The notes under the pieces are model-generated. The model did no database searches, was not told the origin of the DNA, and saw only the letters and a list, made by a program, of their open reading frames with translations. A program made the translations under genes and the position numbers. A stretch of 64,000 nt of DNA from a virus. The DNA is taken from IMG/VR virus record IMGVR_UViG_3300035704_000007, positions 2,946-66,945 of that record; one strand, 5' to 3'. Shown here in pieces: positions 17,815-27,700 of the stretch; position 1 is the first letter of the stretch, and the number at the start of each line of letters is the position of its first letter.

Positions 17815-18915
17815 ATGACCGCTGCAATGATCCCGCTCGACGATCAGAAGACAGAAACCGAATCGCTCGCTGACCGCCGCCCGGCGCACCTTCCCTGGAA
17901 CGACTGGGAAGCCCTGGAAGTGCAGCCGGTCGATCTGGCGCTCCTGCGCCTCCGCTGCCTGGACAACCAACTCGTCCTCGAGCTGCCCGGCGCCGCGCCT
18001 TACCGGGTCGCGCCTTCGTTTCTCGAAGGGCTCGGCGGCGAGACGACATTTCCGCCCGAGTTCGTCGGCAAGCTCTCACCGGGGCTGCAGGCGCAGATCC
18101 TCAACGAGCGGCTCGACCAGACCCCGCCCCGGATGATGAGCGTCGTCATGAGCGGCGAGACCTGCGTCCGCTTCCTGCCGGGCGACCGGGCGGTACTGGC
18201 TGCGCCCGCCGTCGCCGACCGGATCTATGACCGCCTCCTGACCCGCTACGGCGGCGTGGAGATTGACGAAGCAAAAGCGTACAACGGCGAGCACTGGCTG
18301 CGGCTGACGACCCCCTTCAAAAAGACCCTGACCGGAGAAGTCGTGACGGTCGAGCGCAGCCGGCACGAGATGCTCCAAGAGGACGTGCTGGCGCTCGGAG
18401 TGCAGGTGCGGCACGAGTTCCGCGAGGGGCTGCAAGTGGAACTGCACGTCAAGCGGCTGCTCTGCTACAACTCGGCGACGACGGCGGCGCACCGCTACTC
18501 CTGGCGGCTCAAAGAGGACCGGGGCGAAGCCGCGCAGCTCGCCTGGTTGGACGACGTGCTGGAGCAGCTTCCCGACGAGTTTGACCGCTTCTTAGCCGGC
18601 GGGCGGCTGATGCAGGCCGAGAAGTTTGAAGGCCATCCCCGCACCGCCCTGCAGGCGGCCGCTAAAGCGATGAAGCTGCCGAAGCGCCTGCTGCCGGGAC
18701 TGTTCGCCGCCTTCGATCAGGAACCGGGCGACAACCACTGGGCCATCGAGAACGCTATCACGCGCATGGCCACGCACGGCGACAACCTCTCTCCGGCGCT
18801 GCGGCGGGAATTGTCGAGAACTGCCGGAGAGTGGTGCCTGGATTTTGAAATGGTGAACTGCCGGCTGCCGCGCCCGCTGGCCACCGCCGCAGGGGCGCAG
18901 ATCCTGGCTGACTGA
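17815..18915 (+). CDS. DUF932-like protein
   Basis: RLLCYNS motif and DNHWAIENAITRMATH C-terminus resemble DUF932 family; followed by hairpin 18924-18952. Confidence 0.55.
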   Translation: MTAAMIPLDDQKTETESLADRRPAHLPWNDWEALEVQPVDLALLRLRCLDNQLVLELPGAAPYRVAPSFLEGLGGETTFPPEFVGKLSPGLQAQILNERLDQTPPRMMSVVMSGETCVRFLPGDRAVLAAPAVADRIYDRLLTRYGGVEIDEAKAYNGEHWLRLTTPFKKTLTGEVVTVERSRHEMLQEDVLALGVQVRHEFREGLQVELHVKRLLCYNSATTAAHRYSWRLKEDRGEAAQLAWLDDVLEQLPDEFDRFLAGGRLMQAEKFEGHPRTALQAAAKAMKLPKRLLPGLFAAFDQEPGDNHWAIENAITRMATHGDNLSPALRRELSRTAGEWCLDFEMVNCRLPRPLATAAGAQILAD

Positions 18916-18963
18916 CCGAGAGCGAAAGCGGGGAGAAATCCTCCCCGCTTTCCCGGTCAGCAA

Positions 18964-18991
18964 GGAACAAAACGCCTTCTTGGTTGGTCTA
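18964..18991 (+). promoter_or_regulatory. ECF-type promoter
   Basis: GGAACA-N16-GGTCTA. Confidence 0.65.
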
Positions 18992-19041
18992 TTACATGGA
19001 AGCAGACAAGAAGCCTCCCCCCAGCCGGAAAGGAAACGACG

Positions 19042-19230
19042 GTGCACGCAAACCAGAAGATCCGGATCGCTGAAGAACTGGGCGCTCGGGCCTTCACTTC
19101 CGGCGCTTCCGCCATCCCCGCCCTCGACAAAGCCCTGATCGCGCTGTTCGAGGGGCTCGCAACCGGGGAAGCAGCCTCGATTATTACCGCATGGCAGCGC
19201 GGGTTCATCAACGCGCCGCTGCCTGAATAG
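19042..19230 (+). CDS. Hypothetical protein
   Basis: AAAGGA RBS, GTG start. Confidence 0.6.
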   Translation: MHANQKIRIAEELGARAFTSGASAIPALDKALIALFEGLATGEAASIITAWQRGFINAPLPE

Positions 19231-19239
19231 GCAGCGAGC

Positions 19240-19267
19240 GGAACAAGGCGCCCGTCCGCTTCGTCCT
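19240..19267 (+). promoter_or_regulatory. ECF-type promoter
   Basis: GGAACA-N16-CGTCCT. Confidence 0.65.
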
Positions 19268-19302
19268 ACTAGTAAGCAACCGAGTAAGCAAGGAGAAACG
19301 AA

Positions 19303-19500
19303 ATGAAGCAGATCATCATCCACGAGCGGAAAGACGAGCAGGGATGGCACGCCTGGGTGGAGCAGGCGAAGGGCAAGCAGGTGTTTCGGCTCACTGATAT
19401 CTGCGCCGGCGCCAGCCGGGCCGAGGCCGCTGGCAAGCTGCTCCTGGGCTATCCCGAGATAACGGGGCTCACCGTGGGAACGATCTACCTGGACCGCTGA
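19303..19500 (+). CDS. Hypothetical protein
   Basis: AAGCAAGGAGAAACG leader. Confidence 0.65.
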   Translation: MKQIIIHERKDEQGWHAWVEQAKGKQVFRLTDICAGASRAEAAGKLLLGYPEITGLTVGTIYLDR

Positions 19501-19554
19501 AGAAAGCGGGGCTGGCAAGAGCCCCTTCACTCAAACAAGCAAGGAGAAACGAAG

Positions 19555-19764
19555 ATGAAGCTGACTCTGGCGACCGACGCGCTCCCTTGCCGAAGCATAT
19601 GCCGAGTGGAAGCGCCACGGACAGCAGCGAGGCGCTCGGATCGTGCGGACGCCCACTGGGAGTTACCTCGTGGCCGAGAGCACCCGCGCCCCGGCACTGC
19701 AGCAGCGCGCTGGATGGCAGATCGTCTGGCCAACCTGCAAGCGGTGCAACGACCCCCACGATGA
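19555..19764 (+). CDS. Hypothetical protein, possibly degenerate
   Basis: Same AAGCAAGGAGAAACG leader. Confidence 0.4.
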   Translation: MKLTLATDALPCRSICRVEAPRTAARRSDRADAHWELPRGREHPRPGTAAARWMADRLANLQAVQRPPR

Positions 19765-19816
19765 CGAGATGCTGGAATACTGCGCTGATTGCCGCACCTT
19801 GGAACCCGGCTATTAA

Positions 19817-19844
19817 GGAACAAAGCGCCTGGTTGCTTCGTCTA
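19817..19844 (+). promoter_or_regulatory. ECF-type promoter
   Basis: GGAACA-N16-CGTCTA. Confidence 0.7.
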
Positions 19845-19883
19845 TCAGATAGAACTGAGCGATTGGAAAGTAAGGAGAGCAAG

Positions 19884-20117
19884 ATGAGCACCCGAACCGA
19901 GACCAAAGCCCAGAAAGAACTGATGCGGATGACGCGCTGCTTCGTGGAAACACCCACCGACTACTGGAAGCAAGAAGTGCTGCGGGCGGTTGGCGCGGTC
20001 GAAGAGGAGGCCCGGCTGGCATCCCAGGAGCGCGAAGCCCGATACATCGCCGCCCAGGCTGCCGAGCCGCTCTGGTGGGATGACGCGAGTTATGCCGCCT
20101 ATCAGGCGCGGTCATGA
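19884..20117 (+). CDS. Hypothetical protein
   Basis: TAAGGAG RBS. Confidence 0.65.
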   Translation: MSTRTETKAQKELMRMTRCFVETPTDYWKQEVLRAVGAVEEEARLASQEREARYIAAQAAEPLWWDDASYAAYQARS

Positions 20118-20299
20118 GCGAAGAACAGGAGCCGAAGGAGGGACAGCCACTCAAGGCGGCCCGCTTCACGGTTTGCCTCCCCTTCGCCGATTGGGTCAAC
20201 GCGACGGCGCTGGCCCGACGCCTCCGCCGGGAACACTACTGGGTCGAGGTGTGGGAAGGCGACCGGCTCGTCTCCCGGCGCGAATGGGGAGCCGACTAG
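20114..20299 (+). CDS. Hypothetical protein
   Basis: ATGA coupling. Confidence 0.55.
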   Translation: MSEEQEPKEGQPLKAARFTVCLPFADWVNATALARRLRREHYWVEVWEGDRLVSRREWGAD

Positions 20300-20300
20300 C

Positions 20301-20328
20301 GGAACAAAGCGCCTTCTCGGTTCGTCAT
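20301..20328 (+). promoter_or_regulatory. ECF-type promoter
   Basis: GGAACA-N16-CGTCAT. Confidence 0.65.
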
Positions 20329-20370
20329 AATAAGCAAGCAACCTAGTTCTTGTAAGTAAGGAGAAAGACA

Positions 20371-20592
20371 ATGCGGATGAGCGCCAGCGTTTACACTGTC
20401 ATTCTTAACGGCCAGCGGTTGGCCGACCACGACAGCCGAGCGGCGGCCGAGGCCCAGGCGGCGGCGATCGGGGGCACGGTGCGGCTGCTGGACCGGCGGG
20501 CGGTGAAGCAGGAGGTCAAGCGGCCGGTGGGTTACTCGGTCAAGCTGAGTGGGCCGCGAACGGACGCTGAGGCGCTGGCTTTCTTTGTCTAG
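20371..20592 (+). CDS. Hypothetical protein
   Basis: TAAGGAG RBS. Confidence 0.65.
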   Translation: MRMSASVYTVILNGQRLADHDSRAAAEAQAAAIGGTVRLLDRRAVKQEVKRPVGYSVKLSGPRTDAEALAFFV

Positions 20593-20634
20593 CCAGGGGG
20601 CTGGCAACGGCCCCTTCCTTGAAAGGAGAAACCG

Positions 20635-20886
20635 ATGCGCGACGAGGACCTGGTATTCATCGACGGCGAAGCCTGGCGTGCAGAGGCGTGCGAAGACGGC
20701 TATCTCTGCGAGGGTGGGCCCTTTCCCGACGAGTGTCCCGAGTGGGCGACTTTCTACCTGCGCTCGGCCGAAGGAGAGGGAAGACGTTTCCTGTGCGACC
20801 ATCATTTTGCGGCAGCGCGCGCTATCGGGGAGAAGCGCGGTTGCCGCGGTCAGAAGCTCGTCGTCAAGGGAGATCGGAAGCTATGA
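20635..20886 (+). CDS. Small Cys-rich hypothetical protein
   Basis: AAGGAG RBS; LCEG..ECP..LCDHH. Confidence 0.6.
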   Translation: MRDEDLVFIDGEAWRAEACEDGYLCEGGPFPDECPEWATFYLRSAEGEGRRFLCDHHFAAARAIGEKRGCRGQKLVVKGDRKL

Positions 20887-21131
20887 GCCAACTGACTGAT
20901 CTTAAAGACATCAAGATCATCGAGCGCCACCCGGAGGCGAAGGTAGGCCCGGATTATCAGCGCGCTATTGACGCGAACGGCGCTTGGTGGCATCGAGTCG
21001 TTGGCCATCCGGATTTTCCCCGACGTTGCCACCTCTGCGGCGAATCCGTGCCGCGCGGTTGGGCGCCGGAGGCCGGAGCGGTTACGGCCCTCGATTTCAT
21101 CTGCGATAATCACTTTCTCGGCAGGGAATAA
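20883..21131 (+). CDS. Small Zn-finger hypothetical protein
   Basis: ATGA coupling; CHLCG..CDNH. Confidence 0.55.
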   Translation: MSQLTDLKDIKIIERHPEAKVGPDYQRAIDANGAWWHRVVGHPDFPRRCHLCGESVPRGWAPEAGAVTALDFICDNHFLGRE

Positions 21132-21132
21132 C

Positions 21133-21618
21133 ATGGACATGGAAGAGCGACTGGAGCGCATTGCCACCGGTCATGCGGATGCGGCGGCGGCGGATCGCAG
21201 CGGCGAGACCGTCAGCGATCAGTGGGCAGAGGCGATGGGCTTCGAGGGGGACGACTTCTTCTTCGAGGCAGAAAGCGCCGAGGAAGCACGCGCTAGAATG
21301 TCTCCCGAAGACGCGGAGGCAGACCGCCACTATTGCGCGAAGCTGGAGCGCGAGGCGGACGCGGAGCAGAGCCGGGAGGAGTGGCGCGCTGTGAAGCAGT
21401 GGCGCCACTATGTGGTTCTCGTGCCGGGCCTCGGCGGCTTCTGGATGCCCGACCGGGATCTCGGCTCCCAGGACCGCTACGAGACCCAAGAGGCCGCCCT
21501 GGAGCGGGCGGCCTGGCTCTATCACGAGCGGGCGGTTTCCGCCGTGCAGGTCCATGAGAAGACCGATGCGATTATCGCGGTCTGGCCGGAAGAGGAGAAA
21601 GAGCGATGCAGCGATTGA
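21133..21618 (+). CDS. Acidic hypothetical protein
   Basis: Operon-packed ORF. Confidence 0.6.
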   Translation: MDMEERLERIATGHADAAAADRSGETVSDQWAEAMGFEGDDFFFEAESAEEARARMSPEDAEADRHYCAKLEREADAEQSREEWRAVKQWRHYVVLVPGLGGFWMPDRDLGSQDRYETQEAALERAAWLYHERAVSAVQVHEKTDAIIAVWPEEEKERCSD

Positions 21619-22016
21619 AACCGGGAGGCAACCCTGACAACCCGCAGGACTGGGAGGCGTTCGATTACGTGCAGTTTGCGGCGGACCAGGCCGCGAACGC
21701 GAGCAAACGTGAAACGCTCACCGACACCCTGACGAACGAGCCCGTTCAGCCCTTGACGGTGCGCCGTCTCTCCTGGCAAGAGTTTTGGCACCGTCGCCCG
21801 ACGAAGATCCATCTCGTTGCCCTCACCATGCGCGGCTGGGACCTGGCCGACCGGGCGCTCTGCGGTCAGGTGGTTAACCACGAGGAGGCCCGAGAAGACA
21901 CCGGAACGGGGACGCACTGGGTCTGCAAGCGGTGCCTGATTGCCTATGCGAAGCGACAACTGGCTGAGCCGTCGACAGCGCCGCTTGATGATCCCTTTCT
22001 CGCGGCTCCCCGCTAA
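21606..22016 (+). CDS. Hypothetical protein
   Basis: HLV..ALCG..CKRC motif; last gene of the + operon. Confidence 0.55.
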   Translation: MQRLKPGGNPDNPQDWEAFDYVQFAADQAANASKRETLTDTLTNEPVQPLTVRRLSWQEFWHRRPTKIHLVALTMRGWDLADRALCGQVVNHEEAREDTGTGTHWVCKRCLIAYAKRQLAEPSTAPLDDPFLAAPR

Positions 22017-22675
22017 CGGGCCGGGGCTTGCCGCGCCACCGCCGTCTTCCGCCGGTGCCAGCTCTCCCGGTGCTGGCGCCGGACACAGATGCGGCAAGCC
22101 CGCTTGCCGTTGGGGCGGTGATAGGTATTCTCTTCCGTCAGCCGATGCCCCTGCGGGCAGCAGCCATCGGTGCCGCGCGGCTGGCTCTTCTGGCCCGCGC
22201 CGCGGGCGCGCTGCCGGACGCGCTGGAGGGCGTGGCGGACCGTCGATGCGGGGATCCGCAATTGCTCGCTGGCGGCGGCGCTGGAGAGCCCGGCGCCATA
22301 GACGGCGGCGAGGCAGCGGCGCTCCAGCCGGCTGCTGCCGGCCCAGACCGCCGCCCAGAGCCGCTCCGCTTCCCACTGATCGAGTAAGGGCCCGGTCCAG
22401 TCGTCGCTGACCCCCTCCTGCTCCAACGGCTCTTCGCGCGCCCGCCAGCGGCGGGCCCGGCGCAGATAGTCGCGCGCGGCCCAGCGGGCCGCCCGCATCG
22501 CCCACTGGTCTCGCCCGCAGCCCGTCGCCTCGCTCCAGGTGGACAGGCTCTCCCACATCCGCAGGTAGCCCTCGGCCAGCATATCGTCCGCCTCCGCCGG
22601 GAACGCCTGGAGATCCGGCCAAAGCGCGCTCCGTACCCGCCGCATCAGCCGGCGCACTTCGGCCTCCTCGATCAT
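22013..22675 (-). CDS. ECF-like sigma factor fused to an HNH-associated Zn module
   Basis: EADDMLAEGYLRMW..W..RAARWAARDYLRR (region 2); GLSSAAASEQLRIPASTVRHALQR (region 4); CPQGH..ENTY..CRIC. Confidence 0.65.
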   Translation of the reverse strand: MIEEAEVRRLMRRVRSALWPDLQAFPAEADDMLAEGYLRMWESLSTWSEATGCGRDQWAMRAARWAARDYLRRARRWRAREEPLEQEGVSDDWTGPLLDQWEAERLWAAVWAGSSRLERRCLAAVYGAGLSSAAASEQLRIPASTVRHALQRVRQRARGAGQKSQPRGTDGCCPQGHRLTEENTYHRPNGKRACRICVRRQHRESWHRRKTAVARQAPAR

Positions 22676-23955
22676 CGGGGGACGACCGAGAAGCCCCGGA
22701 AGACCACTGAAACGCCATCGGCCCGCGTTAGCGTCACCGGGAGCAGTGCGGGCAGCGGCGGCGGCGCCGGCACCGTGAACGCAATCTCGGTATCGCTCCA
22801 CGCCAGGACGGGAAGCGGCGCTGCTCCGAGCAGCAATTGCCCCGGCGCCGCGCCAAAACAGGTTCCCTCCGCAAAGGCTGTTTGACCGCCCGCCAGATCC
22901 CAGTCCGGGCCGCTGCCTAACTGCCGCGCCGCGTTGAGGAAATTGGCCAGGAGCGGCAGCCGGCAGGGCACGAAGACCCCCGGCGCCGGTGGGGTCGGCG
23001 TTCCGTCAATCGTGAAATCTGCCGCCGCCGTGAGGAACGTCGTCGCTCCTGGCAGCGTGACCTGAACCGTCTCGTGGACGCGGGGCCCATCGCCCGGATC
23101 AGGCACCGTTCCGCTGATCTGCGTCGCCGTCCACTGACCGATCTTCGCGGGCCCGGTCGGATCGAACGCGACCTGTCCCGCCACGGTGCCCAGGCCGCTC
23201 CCGCGGATCACGAAGGACGCTCCGGGTAGAGCGTGCGCCAGCGGCGTTGCACCGTCTGCCGCGAACAGGCCGCTGATGGTGGCGCTCTGGCTGCCGCTGG
23301 TGATCGGGATCGGCGGCGCCACCATGACGAGCGGCTGCGGGGCGCCGCTGTTGCCCGCCTGCAGATAGAGCCGCACCGGATCGAGGCCCGCCGCGACCGG
23401 CTGCACGACGGCGGTGATCCGGGTATCCGTCCAGGTGAGCACTTTGGCGTCCCCGTCATTGATGATGAGGCGGCCGAAAGTGGGCGGGAGGGGCGTCGTA
23501 AAGCCAGTGCCCAGCACTGTGATCGTGTCGCCCGGCTTCGCGCTCGTCAGGGGCGCTCCCGCCGCGGACTGATAGCCGGTGATCGCGGCCGGGACCGGGA
23601 CGGGGGCCGGGGTCGTCGCCGGCTCCAGGGTGATCTGCTGCAGCCGCGTCACGCCGGCCAGCGTGGCCCGGATCGTCAGGAAGCGGCGAGCTGTCGGGCT
23701 CTTTGTCTGCACCGCGAAACGGGCGAAGCTCTGCCCGGCGGGCACGAGGACCGTCCCCGGCAGCGTCGCCGTGGGATCGTCGGTGGAGAGCGCCACTGGC
23801 GTATCGACGGTCACGGCCGCAGTCAGGACCAGCTTGACCAGGACGAGCGTACCGCCGGGAACGCCGAGCTGGAGGGCCGACAGGCCGGGCGCCGTCGCGT
23901 GCGGGCGGCGGACGGCGGGTGGTGGCTTCGGAAGCGGCTGCGGCTGCCCAAACAT
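22672..23955 (-). CDS. IPT/TIG (Ig-like) repeat protein
   Basis: Three repeats of G.GFG...G....V..W(S/T)DT.I. Confidence 0.65.
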   Translation of the reverse strand: MFGQPQPLPKPPPAVRRPHATAPGLSALQLGVPGGTLVLVKLVLTAAVTVDTPVALSTDDPTATLPGTVLVPAGQSFARFAVQTKSPTARRFLTIRATLAGVTRLQQITLEPATTPAPVPVPAAITGYQSAAGAPLTSAKPGDTITVLGTGFTTPLPPTFGRLIINDGDAKVLTWTDTRITAVVQPVAAGLDPVRLYLQAGNSGAPQPLVMVAPPIPITSGSQSATISGLFAADGATPLAHALPGASFVIRGSGLGTVAGQVAFDPTGPAKIGQWTATQISGTVPDPGDGPRVHETVQVTLPGATTFLTAAADFTIDGTPTPPAPGVFVPCRLPLLANFLNAARQLGSGPDWDLAGGQTAFAEGTCFGAAPGQLLLGAAPLPVLAWSDTEIAFTVPAPPPLPALLPVTLTRADGVSVVFRGFSVVPR

Positions 23956-24783
23956 CTAGCTGGCCCTCCAGTGGAGCATGTTGAGATAGACCGGCGCCGT
24001 CACCGTGCCCCCGCCGTTCGAATTCGCGTAGATGCCGATCCGGGTGGGCGTGATGAACGTATTGCGGGCGACTGAGAACAGGGTCACGAAATTGACGCCG
24101 TCATTGCTGGCGTTGAACGTCCAGTTGGTATTGTCATCGTGGATCTGCAGCCAGAGCAGGCCGCTCGCCATATAGGGAGAGGCCGGCTGCGGGCTCGCGA
24201 TCAGGACGAACTCGGCCGAGAAGGCGCTCGGGGAGGTCCATTTACTCACCGCCATGGAGAGGCCGCTCCCCAGAAACGCGGTACGGGCGACCACGTCGAA
24301 GGTGATGACCCCGCCGCCGCTGCTGTCCCGCAGGCACATTCCTGCCGCTAAGAAGTTGGCGAACAGGACGGTGGGCAGCAGTCCCGCCGTCACCGTGTAG
24401 GGCGGCGTCGGCAGCGCCACGTCGAGGATGCGGAGCTGGTCGGTACTCGAGGAGGGCGCCGTCAACAGCACCGCGCCGTTCGTGGTGCTCATTGTCGCAC
24501 CGCCCTGGTTGGTGAAGGCGAAAGCGGGAATGGTCGGGTCGGTCAGCGGGAAGAGCGGGCCGAACCTTGCGAAAGCGGAGCCGGAGTCACGCTGCAAGCT
24601 GTACCCGTCTGTGGGCAGGAAGAGGCGCCCGTTCCAACCCGCGGCGGGGCGAGTGGCGAAGGCGCCGCTGACGACCGTGGAGGCGGGCATCGCGTCAATG
24701 AGATCCAGGCTTTGATCGATAGGAGTTTCGGGCTGCGATTGTCCGCTGACGACATACGGCAGGCCCAGATGGGTGGTTGGCAT
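23956..24783 (-). CDS. Tail fibre/receptor-binding protein (DUF2793-like N-terminus)
   Basis: TTHLGLPYVVSGQSQPE..LDLID N-terminus; follows the tail tip gene. Confidence 0.65.
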   Translation of the reverse strand: MPTTHLGLPYVVSGQSQPETPIDQSLDLIDAMPASTVVSGAFATRPAAGWNGRLFLPTDGYSLQRDSGSAFARFGPLFPLTDPTIPAFAFTNQGGATMSTTNGAVLLTAPSSSTDQLRILDVALPTPPYTVTAGLLPTVLFANFLAAGMCLRDSSGGGVITFDVVARTAFLGSGLSMAVSKWTSPSAFSAEFVLIASPQPASPYMASGLLWLQIHDDNTNWTFNASNDGVNFVTLFSVARNTFITPTRIGIYANSNGGGTVTAPVYLNMLHWRAS

Positions 24784-24793
24784 GAATGATCCT

Positions 24794-27700
24794 CTAGCCG
24801 ACGAAGAAAGCGGGATAGCCGGCGCTCAGTGCTCCGGTCTGGGTAATGATGAAGCGAACGGAAGACTGCGGACTACCGAAGTCGGTGGTCTGCGCGCTGG
24901 CGAGATAGACCTGACTGGGGCTGGTCGGCGTGAAAGTGCGGAGCACCCGCTCGGCCGTTCCCCCGCTGACGTAGGCCGGCAAGAGATAGAGCGTGCTCAC
25001 GTCGGACAAGGAAAAACTGTTGCTCAGTGCATTGCTCACCGTGCCGATCAGGCCATTGACGCCCACGAGACCGATTACCCCCGTCAGATAGACCTTCTGC
25101 CCGTTGCTGAACCCGTGCGCGGTCGAGTTGAAGGTGGGAACGGACGCCGTCATGATGGCGGTGATCGTTTTCGGCGCTCCCGAGAGCACGGACACGGCAT
25201 ACGCTTCCGTGGTCTCGCCGAGCGGTACCGTCGCGCCGGAAGGCAGCCCCGCCCCCGTCCGCGAGCGCCTGGTCCACGTTAAGGTGATGTCGCCGGCAAG
25301 CCGCGTGGCCGCCAAGTGGCACGGTGCATACGGCTTCGCCTCCTCGCCGCGGATCGACAGGGGCACGGGGGTTGCCGCCGCGATGGCGGTTCCCGAGGTG
25401 ACCGCTTTGAGGATCACCTGCGAGGAGAAGGCACCGCCGCCGAGCACTTCGCGCACCGCCGAGGCGTCCAACAAAGCGAACCGCTCGCCGACACGATGCT
25501 CAGACCATCTCCCGTCCGTGCCGCGCCGGCCGCGCAGGAGCCGCGAGAGGCGATAGGTAGTGCCGGTCAACGGCGTGACGGTGGCGAACTGGATCACCTC
25601 ATCCCCGAGGATGGCCAGGTTCGCCCCCGCAGTCACGTCGGCATCGGAGGTCGAAGTGGGCGCGTCGCCGGCGATCAATGAAATATCGACTGTGTTCGTG
25701 GTGTCGAACGGCCCCGGCTCCGTTCCGGCGGCGAGCGCCGAGAGCGCCGTGCCGATGGCTGGCCCGCTGTTGATGCTCCCGATCAACTGGTAGCTGGCGC
25801 CGGCGTCGAGGCTGAGATAGAGCGCGGCCCCCGGCCAGTACCCGGAGGCGCCGGCATTGGCGACGGCATAGAAGCCGATGGAAGCGGCGTCGGCATCTCT
25901 CAAGGCGTTGCCGCTCCATGCCACCAGCGTGGTGGTCAGCGTGTCCATCACCGCGGCCGGCGGCGTCGTCAGCGCCCCACCCGCAGCGCTCTGCACCAAC
26001 ACGGCGGCGTCGTCCAGCACCCCGGTAATCCGGATCGGTCCCGGCAGCGCCAGGTCCATCTGCTGGATCCGCACCGACAGGCTGCCGGCGGGGGTTGGCA
26101 GTAGGACCGTATCACCAGGAGCGAGATAGAGGTAGCGCGGCCCCAGTACGATTTGCGGCGTCTCGCGCTCCAGCCAGCGCCGATAGAGGATCTTCTCCAC
26201 GATCTGCCGCGCGTGGTCGTCGCTCAAAACGAGCGGCACTGTCACTGTCACCACCTGCTGGAGCCAGGTCTTCGTGACCCGGCTCGCTCCCTGCATCGAT
26301 TGCAGGTAGTTGCGCGCCGGCAGCCCGTAGTACGTGAGTTCAGCGCGGAACGGCAAGTCGAGCTCCGAGAGGCGCGGAATGGTCAAGGTCAGCGGCGGGT
26401 CGCTCTCCGGCCCGTCCACCAACCGCGCCGCCAGGTCTCCCGCCGGGATCGTCGCCACACTGCCCGCGCCCCGCTTCAAGGCGAAAATCTTGCCGTCGAC
26501 CTCCGTCAGGTAGGTATCGTACGCCTGGAGCAGCGGGTCGATCACGGAGCGGGCGTCAGAACGGTCGGCGATAATGAAGCCGTCCACCTTATCCACCGCT
26601 GCGCTGACATCGAACTGCCCGGCCGTCAGGCCCGCTTGCGTGAACAGGTCGGTCAGGATGGTGGAGAGAGCCACCTGGGTCGCCACCAGCAGCCCGGCCG
26701 AGAAATCATCGATCCGGTTGGTCGAGGCGCAGGAGAAGCCGTAGGAGGTCGCTGTCTGGTTGAAACTGTCGCTGGCCGTGCAGACCTGAAGGCCGTTGAC
26801 ATACCCCGTCACGGTCGCCCCGTTGAACGTGAGCTTCAGCACGTCTCCGGCGAGGGCCGGCTGCGTGGAGGTCGTGACAATGGTAAACGCGCCGGCGACC
26901 CGCTTGCCCAATTCGTAATTGCTCGAGTCGAAGGCCGATTGCCCGAACCACCAGTAATTGTCCTTGTCCGAGAGCCGCCCCAGTACGAAGCCGGCGCCGA
27001 GCCCGGAGCCGGTCCCGGTCGTCACGGTGAGCTGCGCGAAGGTGGCATCGCTGACGCTGCAATCGATCCAGGTCGGATGGTCATTGCTGCCGGTCGTGTT
27101 CGCCTGGTTACTGACGACCTGCCCCGCCACGGTGCCGAACTGCCAGGTCTGCCCGCTGTCCGCCGTGATCAGGGTGCCATCCGCCCGGTTGAAGCTGTCG
27201 GAGGCCAGCAGGCCGCTGTCCGCTTTCACCACGTCGAAGCTCAGGGGGTTGGGAAAGGCGTTGTTGAAATCGACCAGGGGCAGGTCCTGAAAGACGACGT
27301 AGGCATCTCCTCGGTAGGCCGGCGTGGTCGCTCCCGCGGAAGCGACGATCAGCGGGTCCGGCATCTGCACCTCGTCGCCGAGGTAGATGCGGATCGTATA
27401 GGAGCTTTGCGGGCTGGCGTTGACATCGTAGATCACCCGGTCCCCGGCCCGGATCTTGCTCACCTGGGTGATCGGTCCCCGGCACAACAAGCAAGCAAAC
27501 GACATGGTGAAGCTCGTGGTCGGGGGTGCGAAATCGGTGAAGTTGGCGATGTCGAAAGGCACCTGCGTCTTGGTCGTGATCGGGTTGCGCGGGTCGGCCC
27601 AGATGACGGTCCCATTTAACCTCATTGACCCCCAGACCTGGCTTATCGGCGTCCCGTAGGCCGAGCCCGTAATTCGCAAATCCGGCAACCTGGCTTGGTT

